DNA of 64,000 bases from Tubiluchus corallicola (taxonomy: Eukaryota; Animalia; Priapulida). Position numbers and translations under genes: made by a program. Shown here one piece after another: positions 26,724 through 38,600 of the stretch. Below the pieces are notes generated by a model. It searched no databases. It was not told the DNA's origin and saw nothing but the letters and a program-made list of their open reading frames with translations. Where the stretch lies: the NCBI GenBank assembly GCA_030141605.1, contig JAQGDQ010000169.1:387833-451832 (forward strand). Direction: 5' to 3'. How positions within the stretch are numbered: position 1 is the stretch's first letter; every line of letters starts with the position of its first letter.

Positions 26724-27722
26724 AAAATAACTTTTGTAGAAATTGTAGGCGTATTAGTAAAAAGAAAGCATTAATTACGTAAATAAAGTAGCCATACCTA
26801 CATAGCCATGGTGACTTGAAAAGCGTGTATCAGTATTAAGTAATAACTTTTTTTTGGAGTAATAGCAAATTTGGCTTGAAATAGTGAAATAACAAATAGC
26901 GAAAACAGAATTTTTTTTTGTTACTTGAATAATAATATGTAATTATAACATAATAATTGATTAAGAGCTACCAGTAATTATACATTTAATATTAGGCTAC
27001 ACACTATTGATGATTTTCCCATGCTTATGTTAATATTTCATGCACATAATGATCAAGATGACAAAAACAATGAAAAAGATAAATTTTGCAGTAATGATAA
27101 AAATAATTAACATTAGTTTTTTTTTTTTAATTATCTTGATTTGTATATAAGCCTGTCAAATTAACTCATCCTACGTTATCAAAATTGCCTTAGAGTAGTT
27201 TACGTATTGTAACAGTAAAAAAATTGTGCTTTTGAGTTACACTTATACGTTATACCTCTCGCATCCTAAAAGTAGGATGCAATCTACCTCCCACCACTAC
27301 AGGTCATGGTTGCAAATCTGTTCTGGTCTGAGTTTGGGCGTTAGCTCGCGCATTTTACGTTCCTGTGTTCGACAAGTCGCGTCTGTTTCAACTCAAAGAA
27401 CATTCTTGTGTGCATAAGTTTATCACTAATCAGAATAACGGCGAATTCTTCTGCTATAGTAGCTGTGTTTGCGAATTTATAACGATAATTTCTTTTATTT
27501 ACCTCCTCCCATATTTTTAGAATTTCTGTGTTGTGGTGAGAACATTGTGCGTGATGGTATAACGGGAACGAGGTTATGTTATATCGCATCCGTTTTGTGG
27601 ACCTAAAGATATGCACGATTTAGTTTGGCTTTAGCTAGATCAAAGTCACAAAGAAATGAAAGTATGATTAATAGTTATTGTGGTTAACAAGGATATTACA
27701 GTTACACACAAAACTAACTAAA

Positions 27723-28529
27723 ATGTCAGACGGCAAAGCAGTTCTGTCAGACTCTGAGGTCAATGTGTCTGATAATGTACATAATACTGTTGGTGGTGGT
27801 AATTTCAAACCAAAATATGAGTCAGATGGTGATAAAAAACATGAAAGTTTAAGTGAAAATGAAGGAGAAAATGGTGTTCAGGGGCCTCGTGTATTGCAAA
27901 AGAAACACAAACATAGGCGCCGTAGAGCTGGAAGGAACAAAAGGCGATGGAAACCATTCCATAAACTTTCATGGCCAGAAAGAATGCTGCGTCAAGATCG
28001 GGAAGCGAAAAGAGCTGAACGATTAAGGGAAGAAAAGTTTCAGGATGGTAAACCGATGGCACCATTTAACACCACGCAGTTTGTTATAGAAGACCACAAT
28101 GTTTCTGAACCAAATCTCACAGGTATTACTCACAGTCACTATCATAGGCAACGAGCAATCAGTGGTAGTTTAGATGAAGCAGAAGTATCGAATTCTACTG
28201 AAGATGTTGACAATTTTTATAGTTCCCCATCAGACGAGGAAGAGTTTCTAGAAAAAGATTTTTATGAAGAATATGAAAGTGTCCACGTGGAACGTTTGCA
28301 AAACATGTCGAAAGAAGACTTGGTAAAAGACTATTTACAAATTCAAGCTAAACTAGAGTCGGCACAGTGTGGACAAACAGTACCTGATTGGGGTAGTGAT
28401 GAGATGGAAAAACGTCTAAACGATATCAATGCTTTGCGTACAGAGATCCGAAGGTTGAGAGAAGAAAATGAGAAAATAAGGTCCGAAAACAAAAGGCTAA
28501 AGGAGTTGTGTGAACAAAATAAACATTAA
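27723..28529 (+). CDS. HEXIM1: HEXIM P-TEFb inhibitor (7SK snRNP subunit), 268 aa, uninterrupted CDS
   Basis: Basic 7SK-binding region KKHKHRRRR...WKPFHKLSWPE, PYNT-equivalent APFNTTQF, acidic region, and cyclin-T-binding coiled coil EEFLEKDFYEEYESVHVERLQNMSKEDLVKDYL...LREEN. First ATG is at 27723. Confidence 0.95.
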   Translation: MSDGKAVLSDSEVNVSDNVHNTVGGGNFKPKYESDGDKKHESLSENEGENGVQGPRVLQKKHKHRRRRAGRNKRRWKPFHKLSWPERMLRQDREAKRAERLREEKFQDGKPMAPFNTTQFVIEDHNVSEPNLTGITHSHYHRQRAISGSLDEAEVSNSTEDVDNFYSSPSDEEEFLEKDFYEEYESVHVERLQNMSKEDLVKDYLQIQAKLESAQCGQTVPDWGSDEMEKRLNDINALRTEIRRLREENEKIRSENKRLKELCEQNKH

Positions 28530-31500
28530 ACAACACAGTAGTATCACATATTTAGTACGAATGTCTTATAATTGTATATTTCTGTGAGTAGCACTACTTT
28601 TTGTAGGTGTTTCTGCAATGATTTCACACAATGATGTATATTATAATTATAACATTATAATTAAACTGTCATAATGTGAATTCTTTGATGAAATACAAAT
28701 AAATGTTCTATGTCTATGTCTATGTTGCTACGTTAAAGGCACACTAAAGAAAGTTTTCTTTTTGTTGTTGTCATAATTACAGAACCATCTTAGCATTATG
28801 CATATTACCAGCTAGGGTAGGTATTATAACCTTTGGTGTTGATATCTTACTAAACTTATTTTCTTAAACCAAAAAACTAGCATACCTTTTGGTGTATATA
28901 ATTATTATAAGAATCAATTTTTACAGTTATTGTGTATTGAATGTATGCTTATAGAGATTTTTGTGTTGCAATGTACATTGCTTAAAGTGTTATGCAGTTG
29001 CCAACATGTCAGAATCCTCATTTTACTGGTTTTGTTATCGTTATTTTTAAACTATTGCGTTCACTTGTTCTTAGTTTTTCCCCAATGGTTTAAGGGAGAT
29101 TATGGTAGATAGACTGGCATTTTTATTATTTTTAATAGCCCAAGTAGTATTCGTAATTACATGTAAAAGTTTTATACTGTAGCTGCATAGAATAATAATA
29201 CGCGTCTTATTATGTGGTGAAATCCAGATTTATTCTACTTCATAAAATCAAAACAACTGCTGCTGTGTTACATTTTGAAAGTGTATATAAATGACAAATT
29301 GATGGAGCCACCAGAGCTTCAAATCATGTAAGATGATTATCAAATCTTTGGTATTATTCTTAGCTGAATCAAGACTATTTGTAGTGAAAGTCAAATTCGC
29401 ATACATCAATAATTTTCCCAAAAATCACTATTATTTACATTTCAACACAAGTCAATGAACAAATCCAATAAAAAATTGTCAAATTAAAACTAAACGTGGA
29501 CTTTAACAAGAACTTTTGGGAAATGTAAATGTGAATAGAAAAAAAAATTATATGTGCAAATAAATATGAAATAACCTCAGTTGTGTAAATGTCATCTAGT
29601 GTTTCAATTTTTAACCATGCCTGATCAAAATGTCCACATTATTCAAATTTCCCTGATTTCATAGTAGTTTTCAATATTTTGTCATGGCAAAGTGCCAATG
29701 TGCAAGAACATTTTTGATGTGGACCCATCGTTTATGTTTGTCTACAAGGTGAACAGCCATTTACGTTCGGTAAATAGCCATTCAGAGCGAATATTGAACC
29801 AACAGCAGCCGCCAGACGCTCACATAAAGCACATCAACCTATACACTTGGCCATAAACTCCTGTGCTAAATCTTCTGTAAAACCGAATTTATTTATTGTT
29901 GCTTTGCTTCACACACCCATTTTATTCCTTGCATAATTAAAAGTTGGCAGGGAATTCATTTTTAGAGTATTGACTTTTTTCAGTTGGTTTGTGCTAATGG
30001 CATTTCGCTAACAGGTTTGGGTGAAAAGTACTTCAGCTAATTTGTAGTAAAGTAATTTACCTATCGGTTATAACTTTTTAGTAATTGCAGCTTTGTAAAA
30101 TGCGTGTAAAAATTTGCACGTGACAATTGTGAGTGGATCGACCCTCAGTAGGACTTTAGACATTAGAAGTTAGTAAGAAGGCCCATTTAGCCATTTTCCA
30201 ATCTCCGAAATGAGCAGCCATTCATTGGTAATTTTGGTAATTGTTGACTGGCTTCCTATTTGTTTTAAATCCATGCAATAGATGGCGGCAGTGACTTACC
30301 AGGTATCACGCGTTGAATGGCAGCTAAAATTATGGTAGCTGTAGAAAGGTCGAGTGAGCTACATAAGGTATTGGCCCGCCCCTGGAACTTCGGCTGGATT
30401 CCATCAGAGGTGGAACTGACGGAATCACAGGACATTTGATTCTAGTTTGTATAACAGCATTTATAAGGGACCAAACATCTGACATAAGAAGTTTGTTACA
30501 ACTTTACATAGGAATAAACAACATGTGCAATTAAATTTAATAAAGGCAACGGCTGTCAAACAGCTTGCTTATTTCAACTAATTTATACAATGTTGTAGTC
30601 AACAAATTTCACCTGTATTTTTTCCACGTTTATGTTAATGCAGGTTTAAATTTATAAAACATGCTTCTTTTATTAACTTTATTAACAGACTAAATTTAGT
30701 GCTTGCTTTGTCAAAAGGTGAAAAAAATTATCAAAATAGGACTACCACAATAACGACAATGCTCAGTAGTGAGGTTTAGTAACTACCATGTTAAATGTGT
30801 TCATCTGCCTTGTAATGAACAGGTTTATATTATACGTGTCTATCACATCCATGACAGGCAACCTTTTAAACTGCATGGACTGGAACAAGTTTAGAATCAC
30901 TCATAGAGAAAGATATGAAGGAACTGTCTTTTTAAAAAGAGTTAATTTCCGTTGTTTTTCCGACCTGTACTAGTAAAAGATCTTTTTCCATCTTCGTAAA
31001 AAAATTTCCACAGACGCAGTCGTTATTGTGATAGTCCCGTTTAACAGAAAATGTTTCAGTTTTTGACAAACCAAACACTAAAATGAGACTATTAATAAAT
31101 GAGGCTTGATATGATTTATTCAAACCTGCAATTAAGTATAAAAGTAGAGGAATAAGGATTTAGATTTTTACTAGCACCGGTGGTGACGTGATGGTGACAG
31201 TAAACTTCACTAGCACTTTTTGTTAACATAACCAGCGCTAGATGGCACCACGCACACGTGTGCTGAATGGCCGAAAAAAGACTTCGCTAGGACTTATGGG
31301 AACGCAACATACACAAACTCACACATCAACAGAGTTACATATGGCTGCGTATGTCGCTGTGTTTGTGAGATTGATGTCTTATTTCGTGCATTTTGATTTA
31401 CATTCTGGGCGCTATTCTGTAGCTACAGAAATATCTTTTACACTAAAGTATATTTAATGCGATAAACTGCCGTCAAACTAATGTGTTCGTTGAAAATCGA

Positions 31501-31640
31501 CGCCATAATTCGTGGAAATCAAAACCATGGATCATCATGGATAGAATAAATATGGTTTTTATGGTACATGTATTCAATAACATCTTTGTCGGCTAGTTCT
31601 TACTGTTGGAGTGTGTATCGCTTGTGTAGTAGGTCCCAAA

Positions 31641-32695
31641 ATGGTCAACAATGATTATAGCAAAGAACTTGAAGAACACGTTCGTCAGCATGCTGCTATC
31701 GTGGATTACTTTGAGCCTGGTACCACTAATTTAGAAAAATGTAATTTTGTTAATTGGAAAATTAATACTTTGTTAGGGCGTCATTTTTCAATGTCACAAG
31801 ATGACTATTTTCATTTTTACAATTCTTGTGATTCTGTGATAACATCAATGCCAAATCTGAGCAACAATGGCAAAGATATTGGGAAAACATATTCAAAAGA
31901 TGACATTGATGTCATGAGTAGTTCACCTGGAAAAGAAGGATTGGAGCTAACGTACCACCATGAACTGAAGGGAGTATCTCCAAAGGCTTCAGAAGAATGT
32001 GGTGCTGAGCTCACCAGGTTACGGGAAAAGCTCGAGTCTAATTTAAAGTTACGAAAGGAATCAACGGAGTTGAGTGTTATTAAAGATGTTCACTGCAAGT
32101 GCAACAGTCAGGATTCAAGTACAAAAGGAAATGAGCAAAGCTACTTACAAAATCCATGCTCGCTAAATGCGGCTTTAGAAAACATTCCGATTGCTTATAA
32201 CCCAGTGACTAAATCTCTCGAGATTCAGGTACATTCACCGTCAACGACAAGTAGCAATAGTTCTGATGGAAAGGTATCAGAACGTGAACCTTCCCATTCT
32301 CACAAGAGTGAACTTAAATTGTGTAAGTCAAGCAGTTGCATTTTGGACAGGACTGAACGTCAAAGTGATAGTCGAAGCAATAGTTTACAAAGAATCGGAA
32401 CGAATGTATCACTGTGTCGAACAGATGCCTCTTCTAGCCTTAGCATTTCCAGTCTGAGTACCGACTACTCATTGTCGGCTGCTTCTGCCACTGATGATGT
32501 TTTGGATGTCTGTGGAAACTTCTTTGATTATGAAGGACCATTTGAGGTCTCACTGCATCCTCGGAAAACATATGATCATTCTCGTAGTAGTTCAATGAGT
32601 AGTGGGCGATCAGATGTCTATGCAGAAGAAATAAAAAGTTTTGGTGGTCAAGGTGTGAAACCTAAGCGACGAGGACTTACTGGATTTCTTACGAG
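31641..32695 (+). CDS. TBC1D14: First coding exon of TBC1D14/12 (long Ser-rich, probably disordered N-terminus)
   Basis: 351-codon open frame ending ...[13 protein letters not shown] at donor AG|GTATAT (phase 2), which joins in frame to the exon at 50669 (R|NLF). Confidence 0.85.
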
Positions 32696-35600
32696 GTATA
32701 TTATGTGATTGTGTGTAATTGTAGACCTATTCTGTATGCATATTTGCAGATAACTCTAATTTCTTAAAGTGAGTTGAATGCAAGTTTAAGCTACTTGCAT
32801 TTAGTTTAACATGATCATTTCCACAGAAGAAGTGAATGGCTTCTTTAAATTAGGGGGTATGGCACAATCTGACGTCTGTACGACTTGTGGTGAAGATCAC
32901 ATCATTACTTTTGCTGAGTGTTGCCATCATTTTTAACTGGCAGCAAGTTACAGCTAGGGCATCCTAGTAACCAGTATCTCCGAAGCTTGAATGTTAGCTT
33001 GCCATTTTGTCACAAGTTTTGGCAAGCCATTCTATCAACTTGACTAGTCCTAACAAGTGCTTCCTGGATTCCTGGTCGCGAAATGTTTTAGTTTAACTCC
33101 TTAGAATGGTTTTGTTTATTATGTTCTATGTCAGGGTGTAAAGAGAACTTCTTTTCTAATGAGCTTCATATGGATGTAAGGATAATTAATATTTTTGTAA
33201 AAATGTTACATAGTACAAATCCAGTTTACTTAGTAACTTGGCCAAAATAGTTATAAATCCTGTGGTACTTGTTAATATTCTTCAAAATATCATTCAATAC
33301 TTATAATACTCATTTGATGGATTGACCCTAAGTTGATGTCTTAAGAAATGAGGTGCAAACCCTGAGAACATCATCAACCAGGTCGACCAGAAGTTCTTAT
33401 AAATGCATGTTCGTTTTAACGCACGCCCAATGATGGGCGTTTTTTGGCTTCCTGCCAATGGCGTATCTCACGAAGAGTCTTGAGAGCTTATTGTTAACCT
33501 ATTAGGATGGCATTAAAGCGTTCAAGTAGCAAATCACATCAGGTGCAAACTCGTACGGGCACATTCAAACTGCGTGTGAAAGGCTGTGTTTTCCTCTGCA
33601 AGACTGGTTTACTTAGACGCTTGGTATTAATAATAATAACAAAGAATGTTTGGAATGCAGATGCTTACTGCTTAGTTTCAACGTACAACGCTACAAACAT
33701 AATGTACATGTAGTTGTCCTCAGCCGTGCCCTCGTCGTAAACGTTGTAAACTGTTTAAAACTGGTAATTTCGAGCTAGTTTACAGAGTTGCTTGAAACTT
33801 GATTCGTCATAGAAACACAGTTAAGTTTCATTTTTTAAAGCACGTCAGAGTGTAGGATCTGCTCTTTACCGCCATGTACTATTGACCCCCAAGGCCCACC
33901 TTGCATTCATGAACATTAAGTAGGCTAAAAGGCTGTCAAAATTTGCAGTTTCCAGCTGAGCTTGACCAAGTAACATATCTATGAGACTATACGCAACGTA
34001 CCATGACTAATTATTGGCGATGCCTTTTATTGTTAACTCTGAGACTCCGACCTTCTATAGTTAAGCTGCATTTAAGCGTTTTATTAGTTGAGGCTGGGAA
34101 ATTAGGAGATTCAGATATATTCAGATGCATAATCTCCCATGTGTTACTTTGTGATTAGAATTTGGTTTTCCAAGTTTTTGGAGATGAAAATCTCACGCAC
34201 CGTTCAATCTTCCATTCCGTCGGTAAAATCAAACTTCTAAGGTCACTTTCTCTTATTAAACGGTCGGTCATTGGATCTGCTTTGATTTTCCAGTACCACT
34301 AAATGCAACCATAAAATCTTATAAACATTTGTTTTTTGACGGCAGCTGATCCAAGTTATTACTAAATACCCTATTTCTGCGTCATTTTATCCAAGTCTTA
34401 ATTTTCCATACCTTGCTTATCGGCACATATTTTACTTACAAGTAGCAGTATATTTCGTTCTGTATATTGCGCCAATTTTAGTGTCAAGTATATAGCAGAC
34501 AAGCACTCTAAATAAAGAGGCTAAGCACATTCTAACGTATTAATCATGCAAATAGCTCTGTTTATTTAAGAGTGGGGTATGTATTGTGCACAGCCTTATA
34601 GTCGGTAAATGCACTCAATTCATGTTTTAGGACTAGCGCGTTAGTAAGTCCCATCTTATTATGTTATATTGCTCATTAGCAAACTTAGATTTTCGTTTGC
34701 GTTTTACACAATTTCTTCATAATATTAGCGGTCTGGTGTGATCTGTTCTTTTTAAATGCACTGAGTGCGTGTTTCCAGCCTCAAGTTCGAGGTAGTAAAC
34801 AAACCAAAAAAACATATTATTGATTTAGGGTGTCGCTTCAACAAAATACTAAAATTTAGTAGTTTATACCCATTTCGTTATAATTTATTGAGTACTGATT
34901 TCCAGTCTCATTATAATTGTCGATTAACTAGGATCTACTTAGTAGTTTTCATTTATTTAAAAACTTGAAATACACTACATGGATGCGAAGTGACTGGCTT
35001 CACGGCATTTTTATAATCGTCCTTACGTCTGTTGTTATGGCATTCATTAAGTTCCTACATAAATAACTTGGCGGTACATAAATATGCATGTCAGCGTTTC
35101 CAATGTTAAGAAACTATTCACGTTTTTAATTATCCTACAATGATTAATATTTAACGTGGACAATTATTATCTATTTGTCTCCTGATGTCACCAAAAAGTG
35201 AAAAAAGTACAGAAGTAAAATAGAGTATTTGTAAGATGTGAACACACGTACATGACTGTGTATAAAAAGGGGGTAATGAAGAAATGGTGTTTGAGTCACC
35301 TTAAACTCATTTGACTTTCAAACTGAAATCCTCTATTTTACAGATTATCTAAATTTTTGACTAAACACTTAACTAAGTTGATAGGTAGCTTTTTGAGTGC
35401 ACATCTGGGACATAATTTGGATGTTTTTGCCTTGTAAGCTTCATGATGCAGGGCCATGATAAATTTATTTTTTATGCTCAATCCCTTTGGAACCCACATT
35501 TAAATTTCTTTGGAGAAAATTGTCAAGTCTAGACTTTGATCTTCCTTTCTTTAGTGACTGCTTTCTAAAATTTGTAGAATTTTGTTACAAGAATTGTTGA

Positions 35601-38600
35601 AAGTAAGATAGTGTTCTTCTGAGACTTGCCATGGCCATAACCTGAAAATAAGTCACAATAGCGTTTTCTTCTTCAAAACGGGGATTTTGACTCCTCTTGC
35701 GAGAATTCTTTTTTCCGGTTTGGCGGAAATCTTTATAAACAAACTTTTGGTATGCTCATAGGAAACTCAGTGTATCAAACTTGTCACAAATTACAACTTA
35801 AAATTTGATTACGTTACATAGATGATATTTTGTATTTTTTTCTTCCGACTGTGATTGCCATTTATTTTTAAACTACTTGAACTTTCTCTACCTTTACCTT
35901 AATTAAGCTCACTTCTGAAGTTGAACTGATCAACAAGAACACCGTTTTAGACGTCCAGACTCACAAACATTATACCCATTTATTATTTTCTGTTTATCGG
36001 AAAAGTAATAATGTTGAAGCTTATCTTCACTATTTCTCTTGTACTGCAAGTAATGTTAAATTTTCTGCTGCGTTTGGTTAACTTTTGAGAGCTTCACGGA
36101 TGTGCAATGAAAATGTGGTTTTTATTTTTGCAAAATAATCGTTGCATAATATTCGTTGCAAAACTAATTTCTCTTTCGTATTATATTAAATCATGTCAAT
36201 TATTTTCTTTTATCTATCGCTTGTATTGTTATTGCGTTGCTCAAATAAAGTAATCTACTCTTTGGGTACTTTTAATTGAAGACCACGCTAGACGTATTCA
36301 TTACGACGAACGTTGTAATTAGCTAAGTAGTAAACAGTGCACTTCTCCAACAATCAGTAATGTGCTAACGTAGCAATTTTACTTTGAATCCTTTACTTAC
36401 TGGTCCTCCTGCAAAAATTCCCATTGCTCGTGAATGTATGGCGATTTCCTTTTGAAGCTCTTACTCGCGCAGGACGTTTAGTGAGCCAATTAAGCCGTGC
36501 CTACTGTGTATTACATCTTGCATCATAATGATTTCATTTATTTTTTTCTTATTGAAATTATCTGTATAAGGCAATACATGTGACATTTTTAATTTTTTTT
36601 ACCTACATTTCTATGTGTGGCATTTTTACCGTGCACCCCCTTTCACATCTATTATGTATTATCTATTAAATTGTGTAATGTGTCTTATACTGTACCAGTT
36701 ATGCTAAAACAGTACAGTAATATTTAATGAATTTAGGACATCATGAATACATAAACAGTGCTCGTATCAATCAGGAGTGTGAAAACTTCTTTTCTAGGTA
36801 AGACCTACTACTCTGAAATAAGACTATCTCTAGTCATTCATAAATCAGATATCCGCGTACCATACATAGCATTGTGTCCATTGAAAAGCAGACAGAATTC
36901 TTATTTCAAACAAAAACAGGTTACTGAGGCTAAAGGCGCAATTCATTTAACTTGTTGGAATTCGTGTCATGAATGTTGAATATTCGCTTGAATGCACATC
37001 TATAGTTTTGTAGGCACCAGTGTTGACCGGTTTACTGTTTAGACGGACAGATAGCTACTAGTAAGCACTTTAATTAATTGTCTTACCTTCGCTCTTCCAG
37101 CCTTTAGTGCCTACACAAGAATCACAACACTTGAAAACCGGTAAAGTAAGTTGGTTGGCTGGCTACCCACACATTTTTTTCTATTTCAAGAGTCCGGCTT
37201 TCATATGCCTAGACTAAGTACTGAGAAACACTCTGAACTGGGCCTTATTCCGATTTCACGAAACACCTTAAGGCGTTAACCTTAATTATGCGGAAAGTGT
37301 TTTCGTGCGATTTAGAGATAGAAAGCCAAAAAAACGTTTACTGCAATTTTGCAGCTCGCTTGTTCTAGATTTTTTCAATTTTTATAATATAAGTATGTGT
37401 AAAGGTATATTCAATTAGATATAATTGATTTTGACCTTGTGGATGTTTGTTCTTGTAGTGAGCACCAAAACTCAGACGCTGGCAAACATTCCGATGCAAC
37501 CTTTTCCAATCATTTTGTCGACTAGCGACCACTGTCTTTGCCTCTTGGATGATTACTGATTAGAAATTCGATATTTGAAAAAAATACCGAATTTACTTTG
37601 CTTGATAAATTTTCATCTAGCATACTAACTTATGCACACTTTGTACTAACAGGTAGGGATGCCTGGTAGAAGATTATCAGCTAAAGCTTTAGACGAACTC
37701 ATACAGGCCTTCTAATATGAAAGGCTGTGAAGAAGGCTGTTTGTTCGAAATGCGTGCTAGACTTAGTGCAAAAATACTCTTAAGTTATTGCAAAAAATAC
37801 TCTGTAAGAAACTAAATTTTTTAATAAATGTAATGCTTTTGTACTGACATTATAAGCTGAATTTCTTTAGAGCTTGTAAAGCGTGAGTCATGTAAACCGA
37901 GTTGCTAACACTCTTCGTCAATATTTTCAAGTATTTCTGTTCTCACAGTTTCTCGCTGAAGGTTTGAGGAAATTATAGTGAGTCCAGTCATGAATTGTGC
38001 TGTGATGACTAAGAAACTGCACATCGCTTTGTCTGGAATTATCTCGTTTGTGTAGTACATGTACTAGTTTCTACACATAGGCAATGAAATGCAGGTGGCT
38101 TATACGCGTTTCATTTTTCACAGCTCTCATGAGTGGCTGGTTTCTTTCATTTCTTTGGAATGAAAATGTTTGCATTTTGCCTATAGAACGTTTAATATCC
38201 CAAAATGGATTTCATTCAATGACTAAGTGAAGTACGTGTATATAATGCTCCCTTTATTTATGTATATCCGTGATGGAAATTTTTGAAAAAAATAGTTGTT
38301 GCAAGTGTATAGGTAGTGTACTATTCTTTCTTTAGTCGTTTTAAGTTCACCGAACGGTAAACCGTTTAAAATTCCGTCTTTCTTTAAATAACAATCTCCC
38401 AAATGCAATTTTGTAATGTTTGCGTTTACAGTGGGTGCTATAATAATGACTTGTTTACTCAGTCGTTGGTGAATGAAAACTTAATTTAAGCTATGCCATG
38501 TGATTTTAATCATACTTTGCTACACCACCGTCGTGGTTAGAGTGGTGTTTATCTAGCTCTGTGGTAAATGGAATTGATTTTTGTCAGACGATTAAATCCG

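Noticed and set aside
27678-27722. ORF-track N-terminal extensions of HEXIM (TTG start) and TBC1D14 (GTG start at 31611)
   Set aside because: Non-ATG starts come from a prokaryotic-style ORF caller; the first ATGs are at 27723 and 31641.
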